Source: Raillietiella orientalis (taxonomy: Eukaryota). Taken from it: DNA of 64,000 bases. A program made the position numbers and the translations under genes. Below the pieces are notes generated by a model. The model worked only from the letters and a program-made list of their open reading frames with translations. It did not search any database and had not been told where the DNA came from. The stretch's first letter is position 1. Each line of letters opens with the position of its first letter. Of the stretch, positions 1-12,599 are shown piece by piece. Where the stretch lies: positions 3,534,001 to 3,598,000 of the forward strand of contig JAYWIR010000007.1 in NCBI GenBank assembly GCA_036172245.1. The letters run 5' to 3'.

Positions 1-1000
1 CGAACTCCGCGATCTTTTGCTTGCATTCCTCGATGGCGCGGCTTTCTGCCTCCGCTACTGGAGGAGATGGAAGTCATCCACAGCCAACTGCTTTCTTCCC
101 TCTTGGGGCTTCTTCTTCTGCTGCTGCTTGTCTAGGAGGCTTGTGTCGCTGACTGTGGAGGGAAGGGGGAGCTCCGCTTGTTGCTCCGCCTGCCTCCTGT
201 TCGACTCCACTTCGGGAAGCGGAGGCAGTCCTCGGGTCACGAGCAATCCTTCTTCACGTAGCCCGAATTTTGCAGTAGTAACACTGCGAGAGTCTGGAGC
301 AATCCTTGATAAAATGGCCGATTTAGCCGCAATTAGAGCATCGCGCCTTGGGGCAGGAGCCCACGCGGTGGCCGAACTCCTGGCAGCCCGTGCAAAAAGT
401 GGGCTGCAGGCAGTACCGCATCTGCACATCCTGGGAGTGCTCGTCGGAGGCGGCGACGACTTCCGGGGTCCTCTCGTCAGGGAACAACTTCATTTACACC
501 ATGGCCTCCCCGGAAAAGATCTCTTCGATGTGGTTGCGGAATGCAACCTTCTTAACTTCACCGTATTGAGAGGAAAAACTCCCACACGTCTTCCTAGTTG
601 GTATCGCAGTGTATAACGGTCCGGTAAAGAGGGGCCGTTGACAGTTCCACGAGGAACTCCAGCGGCTCCTCGTTCCTAGTATACACGGCAAGTTCTCTCG
701 CTCATGGAACGATGGCTTTGATTTTCTGGAAATCAACGTCCTCTTTATGGAATGCCACGTAGACGTCTCACATGTTGACGAGTCGCAGCAATCCCGTTCG
801 GAACGTGATTTGTTTGGCTTCCTCTTCAACTTCCTCCACGGTTTTCTTCACTTGTTCAACTTCAAAGGTGGTGGCTCTCGTCGGCCTCGCCATTGTCACC
901 GCCGCCGTGTTCCGTGTTGTTGGCTGCGAAACTTCCACGGCCACGTAAGACAGCGGCGGCTGCGTCGTCGTCATTGCCAGCGGTAGCGCGTCACCTCCCT
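1..1000 (-). mobile_element. Degraded ORF1 (gag-like, three CCHC zinc knuckles) of an L1/Tx1-type LINE
   Basis: Minus-strand translation of ~250-420 reads CTGCQEFGHRVGSC (CX2CX4HX4C), CSNCG*IGHFIKDC and a frameshifted CYYCK..GYVKKDC. These follow an RRM-like stretch (FSSQYGEVKKVAF...SGEAMV). In-frame stops and frameshifts are present. Confidence 0.75.
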
Positions 1001-1284
1001 GAAGGTGCCGGGCTGGCATACCTTTATTGGCTTGGGGATCGCCATACAGCGTACGGTCCCTGAGAGAGAGGGAGCTTGCATCTTCAAGTCCTCCACACTT
1101 GAAACTGTCCGGGGACAGTCCAAGGTTCTGGAGAGCGAGGGCAGTGTTCACGGGCGAGGAATGTTCACTCCACACACTCGGAAAAACTGCTCTTCGAACC
1201 TTTTGGCCGGAGTCCGCGCGAACGCAGTCTCCCAGCCTAAAAATTATGCTTCTGAGTAACCCACGTGTGGGGTTGTCGCAGAGG

Positions 1285-2640
1285 TTTCTCATCCGGATTT
1301 GCCGGTGCATTTATTATAAAAAATTATAATAAAAGTCATGATGCTTACAGAATCGTGGTAGAACACTTGGTAATATCACGGGCGAAGGACTTGCCAAAAA
1401 CCGGTACTCAGACCGGTGAGGTCCACTCCAGAGGCAAAGGAGGAGGGAAAACCAAATAAAAAGACAAAAAAAGGGGGGGAGGAGTTTTTCGGGGAAAGGG
1501 GACGGGGAAGGGATCATTGTTCTTCTGGAGACGTCCTCTGCATCCTGCTCACGATGCTGACAAGTTCTGTATTCTTTGGTTTCAGTTGATACCATCGGGA
1601 AGCGGTCTTCAAGAAGATTTCCGTCCAATGGATGGCATCCCTGATACTGTGGCCTCTTCTTCTGGCGTTCCAGATACCCACAATTCCACACATCAGAGAA
1701 TTGCTAGAGATGCGGCTGGCGGCAGGGCGTCATGCATGAAGAGGCTCTGGAAAATGTACTTAGGGTCGCCTACCGGGATTTCAAGGATTTACGAGAGTCG
1801 ATCCCAAAGGTCTCAGAGGCCGACAGTATATTGGCAAGTGCGGGGAGGTCTCCTTCTCTCCGCAACTTTCGCAATTGGCATCCACATTCTCAAGTGTTCA
1901 ATGCATGGGATTTCTCAATGCAACAATTGCAGCGCCACCTCTTGCCACTTCAGAGGGAGGGTGCCAACACGCTGGAAGCCACTTCACCTCCTCCGGAGGT
2001 TTCATGAGCAGCTCGCCCCAGCGCAGATGTACTTTTGGCGAGACACTCGGGGTCGCAGCGTCTGCTAGTTGCCGAGTTGTCCACCCGCTTAAAAGTTTTT
2101 TCCTGCCTTCGATGCAGAATTTGACTTCCTAACTTGCTGAAATTACTCTGCCCCTTTTGTCCTTTAGGGAGGGCAGCACTGGGGCAAGAAAGGTGAAAGG
2201 TCACAGCATTTTCCATGGGCTACAGACGATCCCCCACAGGGGCTGTCGAGCGTATCTTCCTTTCCGGAGGCACGAGTACTCCTCCTCGCTCGAGCCGTGG
2301 ATCATTCCCCATGCTGAAACTGACTCCTGAAGCCAGGCAGTGCACTTTGCAGGGAACCAGGAGATCCAGGTGTTTTCCTGCACCGAGGCAACCATCTCAC
2401 GCAGCTGATGGCTACAATGTCTCAGGCTGCAGTCGTAAGCTGCGAGGATCGAGGTCAATCTTTCGCAGCCGGTCGCTCTTCTGGCGAGGAGGCGAGCGGG
2501 CGCGCACCAGGCGTGTTCCATAGCCTTGCCGCGAGGGCGAGTCTTCTAATCTGAAGCTGACTCTCCACCTCTCCAGCGTAAGGAGGCGTAGTCCATCATC
2601 CTTATAGCTGAGGTCAGCCCAGTCGCAGTGCAATGATCGA
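1285..2640 (-). mobile_element. 5'-truncated L1/Tx1 LINE: ORF2 C-terminus (zf-RVT), 3' UTR and terminal hairpin
   Basis: Reads KDDGLRLLTL (GGLG motif equivalent) near 2600 and CESCGEKETSPHLPIYC near 1825-1875. Clear nucleotide similarity to 34950-36100. AATAAA plus hairpin at 1285-1315. Confidence 0.75.
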
Positions 2641-3599
2641 GCCTTATTCTGTAGTGAGGTCCATCGTGACCAGCATCTCCTCGAAGCCAGGTAAGCATTC
2701 TCAAAACCCTTCTACATTATTCCCAGTTCCGACAAGCGGTGGGGTGAATTTGTTTAACACACTTTGAACAAACCACAACTAAAGCAAAACTTCACTATTC
2801 AACACACTATTCATCCAATCGCATCTTTTTCAAGGGTGGATGAAGGATCGTCCCGTTTGTCGAGATGTAATCGTCAATTTTCTTCAGTCAGTTTTCTTCT
2901 AGGCAAATCTTGAATTGGTGAAGTCTCGCCAGTGCCTGTTTCCTCTCCCACGTGAGGTCGATGTTTACCCACTCTTCTGTTGCGTCTATGGGGAGCAGAC
3001 ATCAGACATGTCGAGTTGTTCAGCAACTTTTACAATATTTCTGCATTTTTCAAGGTTTTTCGCATCTTATTTTGCGGCTTTCATATATAGATGCAGAATT
3101 CTTTTCTCCAGTCTGACAAGCTGTGGGGTGAATTTATTAAACAAGCAACAAACAAACAAACGATTAGTGTCATTTTGGCGATTCGTCGGTCATCGTCGTG
3201 TCACTGCCACCCGCGCGGGCATGTCCTGGCCTCTCAGTCCTGGAGTATCCTCAGGCAGTGCTGGAGGGTCCAAGATGGTACCCTCTCGCACGCACGAATG
3301 CCGATTTCTTTCTTCCAAGTCCTTGCAGAACGCCCCTAGCGTTGCACTAGATGAAGGGTTGTTTGCAGCTGCTACTCCACTATAAAATCATATGCACCAG
3401 CCACTGGCACCTTTTATCTCAACTCACTGCATGTCCGTTTCAAATATGCCTGCAGGTCACAATTTTGGTAGAAACGCATGGCAATTCCTCACCCTGTACT
3501 AGTTTTTTTTTTTTTTATATTTGATTTCTTTTTTTTTTTTTTTGCATATGTGCCCTTTAATTTCTCTGGTTTCCCACTATTAGGTTTGTTAGGTCTTTC

Positions 3600-3900
3600 G
3601 AGTTCAGTGCTAAGGATGGACTCAAACCGAATGAGTAGAAGTGATGGAAATACAGAACTTTCATTAAACAACGGTTACATTGATAGAACATGCAATCAAA
3701 CGGTTATATGAGGAAGAGGAAAGATTAAAACGCTGATTGGCAGTAACCACCCTCTTGTTCAGTGGCACGTTTTCCATCCTTAGTACAGATTTATAAGGAC
3801 CTAGTTACGAAAAAAAGAGGGAGTGCAACCCCAAAACATAGCTTTATCATAACCACCACATCCTTGAATCTCCAATTTCGCAGATGCTTAAAGATTAACC
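3600..3900 (+). mobile_element. Possible CR1/L2-type LINE 3' ORF relic
   Basis: Degenerate KRLYEEEERLKR...LVQIYK resembles the recalled CR1/L2 motif L.YEERL..L...DLI..YK. Short and decayed. Confidence 0.3.
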
Positions 3901-5659
3901 AAGACAGATAGGAATCACCTGCGATATTGTGCACCAACAGTTTCTATGCTGTTGCATGCATACTGGAAAATCTGGAGGATTCCTACATCGTACCTATGGG
4001 AATTTTAGTTGGTTCCCCATTTTCCTAATACAGTTTCGTATTTTTGAATTCGTCGTCAGAAGGTGCGTGCATACATTGCTCTTAAGCAGAGAAAAAGGAG
4101 AGCGTCCCGGCAGTGCACATTTGCCAATGGTGTTTCCACAATTAATGGAATGTAACACAATTCCAGAGTGGGGACGCCGTTTCGATCCAACCCCCTCAAT
4201 GAACGCAAAGAATGCAGTCTTTTCTGTCTGTAGCAAGCATGCTTCCTTGACTTGTCCAGACTTGGACACTGGTTTTAGTATCCACCTTATCCACCCTCAT
4301 CTTTTCATGGATAACGCTCTTTCTCAAGAGAAATCGGATACTCTTAGCGGGCTGCTCTGTTTCATCAACGTGGCACATTTGCAAATGAACACTATTATAT
4401 GTGTTTTCGACATTCGTGTGACTGTTTCAGTGAATCCATTCAGACACACGTCTTTTTCAGCAGCAACGCGCAGTGAAACAGCAGATGGCTTGTCTGCTGC
4501 ATGTTTTGAATAAGCAAAACACTGATTTCGTTTCTGTTGTATTGGAAATTCGCACTGCTCTTCCTCGGAGATACATAAACTCGAAGGCGATTGAGAAACT
4601 CCAATGAAACGTGAGGAGCACACGGATTGCAAAAGGAGGAGTCGCTTTCGCACCTCTACTAGGAAAACATCAGAAAGTGGAAAAGGCAAAAACCGAATTC
4701 TGTTATTTTACAAGTTTCGCGCTCTCATGCAGGATTCAAGGCACATAACCGGAATCACCCACTATTCAAACTTGCTCAAGGGAGTGGGTGGCCAGTGGTC
4801 TCCTTGTCGAGCTTCTCGTTACAAAACTTGTCTATTCAACCAAATTATGTTACATGAAGCAAGTGTTCAATGAAAAGTATTTACCACCGGAAGAATTCAT
4901 TTTAGCACACAGAAAATGAAATTCGCCTTGTGCCATTCGATTGGCTAAAGTGTGAGGATAACCAATACGGAAAAGGCATCGAAACCCAGCAGTAAGAATT
5001 TCTGCTCTAACAAGTCAAACGAACAAATAGCCATTTGCACACATGGGAGGCAGGTCAAAGTTCAGCCATATGGAAAGTACTGCACTGTTATGCACATAAA
5101 AATATGCAACCGTAGAAAATGAAAACAAAACAAGACAACTTACTTTCTACGGCCATCTATCCAAATACAGAAACAGGAAGTATCAACAGTTAATAGGTTG
5201 CACAATGAACAACGAACTAGGGTGTGCACTCAAGAGTGGGAACAGCGTCAGCTGAAAGAAATGAACACGGATAAAAGCAAGATGCAAGATGACCGAATCC
5301 TGCAGTCTCCAAATGGAACAAGCTAACTTCAGAGAGTACACATGCTGATTGCAGACTGTGGGATATTACTAAAAGTATTCGAAGCACAAATACATTCAGC
5401 AGAATTGGATGGAAAAAACGATTCAAGATGCACATGGAAAATATTAAGATGATATGTGAAAGAATTCAAGAAACATGGCGCTCGAATGGAACAACGGGTA
5501 TGAATACCAAGTTCTCCATTATGATTGGCAGCACGGCTCTGTTAAAACCAAATTTAAACTTTCCGCTGAGAGCGAAGAGTTTTGTTACAATCATTTTTTT
5601 TAGCCAAGAGCAAAACCATCGAAATGAAGATGAGAAGGTATCAATAGGAAAAGAGGGTT

Positions 5660-7325
5660 CCTGATGGCAGCGATCGCTTTCGAGCTTGGAAGATGGGGTG
5701 CTCCAGTATCGATGATTCGGCAGTGCAGATTTGCATGCTGATCGAGAATGCACGAGAAACCTGCGTTGTTGCACTCTGCAGAAGACACGGCCTCTCTCGA
5801 AAAACCAGTAGAGCTCGACTGTGGATGCAGAGGAAATGGCTTTCCAGTGGCGCGGGAGCACGTGAGCCTGGTTTCGGTGAATGCACTTTCCCATCGGAGG
5901 TTTGATGTCCTCTGTGCCTTCTTGGAGAATGGCACCTCCAGCGCTCAGAGCACCGAGCACAAATCGCTCCGGGGTGTTCGGTGACTCGAGGCGATAACTC
6001 AGCTTGAGGATTGGCAATGCGAAAGTGGAAATTATTTCGATAGTCTTCCAGAATCAGCATCCTGGAGTTCGACAGAAAACATTAGAAAATCTCGAAGGTT
6101 CTCTCGAAGGCAGTGCTTCGCGGATGAGTTTGCGTTAGCGGCTGGGCAACGGAACGACGCACTTTGGCCACCGCCTCCTGCTGGTACGCATTCATCGAGA
6201 AAGCCAGGTGAGTTGTTTCAAACGCAGGGGTTGAGGGAGTCAGCAGTCAGGAAGCTCGTGATGCGGGTGATAGCAGCAGAAAGAAACCAGGAAGAAGAAA
6301 GCTGTCCGTACCTGGCTTCAGATTTGCGCTTGCGTGGACGTTCGGTATGATGAGCGGTCCTCATGCCCCATTCCTGTTGTGAGAGTGCTGCGCTGTGGGC
6401 TTGGTGCCACGCAGCGTACTCACGTGCTGAGTCCTGCTGTGCCACATCTTCCGTTCGTGCACTTGCCGCGTTTGGCAGCAATCGCTGTGCATCACCTCGT
6501 ATCCCTTCTGGGATCGGTCAGTGCAGGGTGCCGGTCATGCGGGTCGCGTTCCGAACAGAGTAAAGCAGCGAAGAATGGCACCGAATGCAAAGGACCGGAA
6601 TCGGATTCTCCTGCACCCGACGTGGCCGACGTTCTGCCTGCGGCTGCCAGCCGATACGGATGCCTCCAGGTGAATTTGCTGGCGGTTGGAACCACGGTCT
6701 GGAGGAGCGATTTACCACCCGACACTCGGGATGAACTCGTGATGTTTTATCACGGAGGCATCCTGAGCGGCATGAGGAAGAGGTACTGGTCAGGCAACGC
6801 GCAGGACGAGATGTGCAAGACGTGTGGAGCCAGGGATACCCAACTCCACGTACTCACCTGCCTGACGCTGTGCCGAAAGGGGGCCAAGCTGAAGGAGGTG
6901 GCAGGCCTGCAGCGGGAGAACAACATGGAGATCCTGGCAGGGATGTTTGAAGGGAACGGCAACATTCCTCGATACAACCCAATGGTCCGCATCACCATCG
7001 CCTTCTTTATCACGAGCATCTTGATGAGAAGGGTAAAAACGCGGACTGGAATAAACAGTATGCTAGCTGTCCAAATCTTCAAAGGATTAGTGAAAAGGGA
7101 AATTGGGATAAGGAGCTGTGGACGTATTCCCATCTGGACGTACTATTATATCCTGCGAAGGATTCAGCAACATTGTCGAGTGAATTCTCCACACAAATTC
7201 AATGACTGGATGTCCGCAGACTAATCCTGAAAGTGAAAAACAGTAAAAACCAGTGACATTGGCCAGCACTTGCATGAATGAACGTAGAAAATAAATTCAC
7301 CCCACCGCATGTCGGACTGGGGAAA
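5660..7325 (+). mobile_element. 5'-truncated L1/Tx1-like LINE: decayed RT, open zf-RVT C-terminus, 3' hairpin
   Basis: ORF 6334-7224 contains VWRSDLPP...FYHGGIL...CKTCGARDTQLHVLTC. Upstream degenerate RT-like words (GVLQ, HSAEDT). Ends in AATAAA (7290) plus hairpin (7300-7322). Confidence 0.7.
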
Positions 7326-10300
7326 GGTGCTGATGTGTGAAATCATCTTCAGTGGACACATACTAATTTGTTTTTTGCTACTTCCATTTCTGCATTTCTT
7401 TTACTGCTGGATGAACTTTTTCGGAGGGCTTCATCCTTGATGTGATCCTTTAAGAACAGTAGGACAGAAACTTCTAGAAACAAGATTACAATATCTTGCT
7501 ACTATTGCCTTTCTCAGCTCCGTTGCTGTCGTTCTTGATTTATACCGACAGCAAAACAAGTAGATTCGAATAGGGATACTCTGAAGAATCATCATCCCAC
7601 CTTCTAGAACTGCAATTTCATTGACTGAGAATGAATTTTTACTTTGATTCGATCTCACGAGCGTGGTGGAATAGAAATAACGTCTCTAAGTTTGCCGTGA
7701 GCTGCGGATCCATGTCGAATGGGCTCGGCCTTCATAACGTTCAAGTCATGCTCTTGGTGCTAAACAGATCGGAAAGAAGAAAAACAAATCGAGAAAACTG
7801 ATCGCTTCAAATCTCTTTAGGACTAACAGAAAAAAAAACTCATCTGGAGTTTCGGAATAGAGAAAGTCTGGACGAAATCGAATTGCTGGTGTTGATCGTT
7901 TTTGAAGTGGTGCGAGTGGAAGTCGCTGGCTGTTCAAATCGTGACCTGGAAACCAAAAAAGACAAGCTTGTGGCAATCCTGGTTAGTAGTACCTGAATGT
8001 CCATTCAGTCAGCTGTGCGAAGAAGATTACGGTGATATATTAAAGGCTCTTTGGAAATACTGTAATTGACGTTCATCAAGGAGTGTAAGACGTAGTGGTC
8101 TCTTAATTAGACAAAGCAGATAATTGTTCGCTTAAGTGTGTGCCTATTAACAGTCTCCGGTTTCAATTTCCTTCTCATATCTTCGTCCACACTTTTTCCC
8201 ATTCAACGGAGTAGCCGATCTTCTGTCTCTTTCAGCGTCCCTCTCATGTGCTTAACTTGAAAATTGATTGAAAGAACAATTCCTCATTTACGGGTGGGTC
8301 ATGAGCACTGGTCGTGCTCTTGATCCACCCGTGTTTGCCGTGGAAGTACTGCATCTTGGTGCTGTCTCTCACTAGCTCTTCACCTTGATTGAAGTCTTAT
8401 GTTCTACCTACTTATCACCCGGGTTTTCTAACCTAAACTCCCCCTTTTCATGGTGTTGGCTGATGTAACGGTTATGTGCATCTCGCAAGCTTATTGCCAT
8501 GGCATTTTGTATGTAAAAGTGGGAGTACATTTCGAATAGTAGGGAGGGAATCGCGTGAACGTTTATTGATCCTGAAGTATGTACTGTAAAAAGGTGAAAC
8601 CCATGAAGCTCATGATGTTTGAGATGGAAATGAAGTTCCGAGTATACTAAGAAGTGTGCACATGTTAAGCATAAACAGTATGTGTTTAAATGTAGCATGA
8701 TAAAACTCAGATCTTACAAATGCTAGAATGAATCTGAACCTCCTTGGCCACTGATTTCACTTGAATTATTGTTGCGATTTTTATCGACTCTTGATACGCA
8801 GCAATCATGATCAAATAAAATACTATCATCAAGAGATGGTTTCTGCATCCTGCTATGATAAATCAAGGCTCTTTCATCTCGCCTTACTCACATGAAGCAT
8901 TGGATGCTATTTTCTAGTAGTGTTGTGATGCTCCGTAGAGTCTTTTTCTTTACATGCCCTCTTAATTCATGGAGATGAGATGCTGTTTGCTCCATTATCA
9001 GCACCTAAATATATAGTTGTTGACTGGTTTTAAACGTTAGGATAAAAGATAATGGAATACAGTATCATAATTCTATTCCCAGGCAGGCAGTCTGACAATA
9101 ATTTATGCATAGTAGCATCGTTTTCAGTATTCATTATTATCATTATATATCATTATTATTATTCAGTTATTTAATTATTATCCTAAGGTAGAGGGTTAGC
9201 ATGCATTCCGTTGACATGACCATTATCCAGAAAATCAGATGAATATTGCAATTAGTTCAACAGAAAGCATGCAGCAAGACCCTATCCAGGAATCAGAACA
9301 ATATAAATGGCAGAAAAGGCAACTGTGTTTTCAGTGGAATAGATTTGCAGGGTGCTTACAGCAGTGATGAAGTGAATAAGAGAGAATTATTTGTTAGAGG
9401 GAAGTTGATTATGACTTTCGCATTCTATCTTAGAATTGAGTAAGTAGATTTGTTTAATAAACAGAACTGTTACTCCTGTGATCAAGAGGTCTTTGACTTA
9501 TCGTGAAACTCCAGGCTAACAGCTGGGAAGAGTATCATATGAGGAAGAGTGTTGGGCATAAGAGGATAGGAAAACATGTATACAAATGCATGTGTTGTAT
9601 TGAAATTTAAATGCATGCAGTAAAACAGACATTTTGCATTCAAGTAATGAAAAAGAAAAGCATTTCATGCACTCACAGAGTGCAAGAAGGATGAGTGACT
9701 TCCGCTCATACTGGAGTTCACTTCAGTGGGTCTGTACACATTCTTTGTACAGCTCACTCTGCTCATGAGAGTTATCTCTGTGAAGAATTTCAACAGCTGC
9801 AAATAAGTTTTCATGCCATGATATGGGTTTTTACCTGAATGAAAATTTACCTAAAGGATTCGATTTCATCATGTAAGTTATTGATAGAGGCTTTTGCTGG
9901 GTGGGAAAAAGTAGGAACTTGGAAAAAGACTAAATAAATGTGAAGTAGATAGAAAATTAGTTGCAGAATAACTCTCGATAGTAAAGAAAATGCTCATAAA
10001 ATTGATAACATATAGTGTAGTTTGGTGCTGTATTGAAGATACAATTAGGGAATTATGGAACTATCTTTCAATATGATTGTTCTTAATCAATCCTATAAAG
10101 TCCGTCAGTCAGAATCATGCACTTTATAGAAGGAAATTATGATTATTATGATTGTTGATATCAAGGTACATCACCATAATCCTATTTTCTTGCCCGCTAT
10201 TCAGGCAAGTTGAGCAAAGAGTTAAAAATGAAAGATCCCAATCTGATGAATGTCTAATGATGGGCAAACAGGTGCAAGCACCTACAAGCAGTATCATATG

Positions 10301-10422
10301 CAGATAAAAAGGGAGCACTGCTAACAAACACAACGATCAGGAAATGAGTTGTTAGACAGCCTGAAGAAAACATAAGAATTTTGTTAAAAAGGAGAGCACC
10401 ACCGATTCTCCTCCTCGACGAA

Positions 10423-10640
10423 TTTCCCCTCGAAAGAGTTGTGGGTGAATTTAAAGTCTGGGCATGCAAGACCTGTTCAAGGGAAGCGTGGGTGCACACA
10501 GAACGGACCATCCCGTGCGGACTGCCCACAGGCCGAGGCAACCTACAGACGATGGGCGGAATCGCCGGGGGAATTCAACCTATGGGACCTACTGCCCAAC
10601 GCGCCAGAACGCTTGCTGTGGCAAGCTTTCGAATAAACGG
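10423..10640 (-). mobile_element. Short LINE-related fragment homologous to the 642-bp array unit, ending in a degenerate 3' hairpin
   Basis: ASVLARWAVGPIG*IPPAIPPIVCRLPRPVGSPHGMVRSVCTHASLE aligns with array-unit ASVLVHLEVVPVGRVAPAIPPVVCGPPRPAGSPRSMLRFVSSHVSLE. Confidence 0.55.
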
Positions 10641-10643
10641 AGA

Positions 10644-12580
10644 TTTCTCACCCGGTCACGCCGGGGCGTTTATTCCATATAATCATAAAGTAAAAATTAT
10701 ATAAAATAAACCAGTTGGGAACCAGGCTCCCAACCGACGACTGGACAAGGATCAAGAGAATTTTCCTGGAACGCAGGCCGGAATAACAGAGTTCGGAACG
10801 GTGTGTGGGGTCGGGGAAAAGAAACAGATAAAAACAAAAGAAAAACAATGAATGGGGGAGATCGGGACAAGGGTCTTTGGACTTGCTCTGGAAGGCACCG
10901 GGATATAAGTAATAGCACCGGGAGTTCAACAGAGCGAACGGGGATGGGATATAGGTGGGCGAGAGGTCACAGGGGTCACCGGATTACGACGGTCTGAAGA
11001 GTTTGTAAACCGGCGATGGATGCAGGCGATGTCCTCTTTCACCTCGTCACGAAGATGAGGCCGCCTTGCAGCCTTCTCCATGTATTCAGCTGCAAGCAGG
11101 TGTGCCTCCCTTCGCTGCGCTGACAACTCCAGGGCGTAGCGGCGGGCCTTGACGATGGCGCGAATGCAATACATGGTTGCGACAATCACGCCTACCGAAA
11201 GTCCATTCCTGCTGAAGAAGTGTCGCAGCACATCCATGGCGGTGCCTCCCTGCGGCATGATGGCTGAAATCGGCCTTCGCCGCAGTTCACGGAAGTTACC
11301 GCAGTCCAGCAAGAGGTGCGGAAAAGACTCGATCTCTCCGCACCTCAAACAGTTTGGCGAAGCAGCTCCCCCGGAAACGATGCTTCGCTGCCGATTACAA
11401 TGGAATCCCCCGTGTAAAAACAGCAGCACATCTTGTTTCCATTTTAAAGGGAACACGGAGCTGTCCAAACAAACATAGGGAACCACTACCTCTTCGGGGG
11501 CGCACTTAAAAGATCGCTTCACCGAAGCAGGCCCTTCTCCCGATTTCGAGGAGTGGCAGGTTGCACCAGCTCCTTTGTCGTCCAGCCACCAAGGAGCTTA
11601 GAAACTCCTGCAATTGTGAAGGAGAACTCCCATACTGCCGGTTGGCAACTGTCATTGCTTGCCCTAAGGGCAGACAGAGCTGCGGCGAGGGGTGTGGCGG
11701 ACAGACTTCTTGTCCTGCATGACTACGCCGAGGGGATCGCTCAAGAGAAGTCGCAGGCGTCGAAGATCTTCCTGGCGCATTCCTTCGGAAGCGGCCCACG
11801 ATGCAAAAGATTTCTGCCGCCATGCATTAATGTTCATGGGGCGGCAGGAAATCCAACTTTGGGCTTCCATCAGAGAGGACAGCTGCCTCAGCGGGAAGCC
11901 AAACCCTTTCCTGGTGTGCCGAAAGTGGGGCAGCAACGAAAGTAGTCCATCGCTGTCCGTGCAGCGTCTTAGTAGAAGGCGCGCGGGTAAGCACCACGGC
12001 GTACACCAGAGCTTGGCACAGAGCCGCAGCACACGAAGCTGCACCTGCAGCTCGCTGCTGTTCATGTCGAGGATGCCTGCATCCTGACGCGGCGTCACCA
12101 AGTCTGCATCCTGACGCGGCGCCACCAAGTCTTTCAGTCTGACCCGGGACCTTGCAGCACCCCACAACGTTTTGCGTAGAAACCGCTGCGCCCAGTTCTT
12201 GACTTCCTGGGGAAGTGGGCAAACAAAAAACGGGGGGCGGAGGAGGGGAGCACCGAAGGTGTTCCATATACTGGCCGGTTCCGGCAAGACGAACTCGCCA
12301 CAGGCGGATCCAGTCGGGCTGCCCCAATAAACAGAGATCGAATGGAGGAAGACGGGAACTTCGTCCCTTCGGGACGGGAAGATTCTTCGCTTTCCGGAGC
12401 CAGGGAAAGGAAGAAAAGGCTCGCCATCTTGCGGCAGGCCCGCCCGGTGATGGCGGGCACTTCACACACGAAGACGTCCGCAAAAGGCCTGCCGAGCGGT
12501 GCAGCGCGTCAACCGGTAAGAGGGGCGCCAATACGGTTGTCCAAGAAGCAGGTGGACGGCCGCAGATGCAGGGGCTTTGA
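10644..12580 (-). mobile_element. L1/Tx1 LINE derivative: post-RT region, zf-RVT, 3' UTR and hairpin; no RT core visible
   Basis: FLRKTLWG..RVRLKDLVAPRQDA (with a 27-bp tandem duplication at ~12077-12132) and FLHGGFHC...CLRCGEIESFPHLLLDC in ORF 10926-11522. Paralogous to 38300-39430. Confidence 0.75.
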
Positions 12581-12599
12581 ACTTGAAGTAATGATTGCG

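Noticed and set aside
3929..5660. ORFs 3929-4513, 4324-4689 and neighbours as host genes
   Set aside because: No recognisable domain and no consistent splice structure.
7350..8100. Gypsy-like protease-region relic on the minus strand (DVISIPPRS, VLKRFEAI)
   Set aside because: No D[ST]G catalytic motif, LTRs, RT or integrase were recognisable, so the evidence is too weak.
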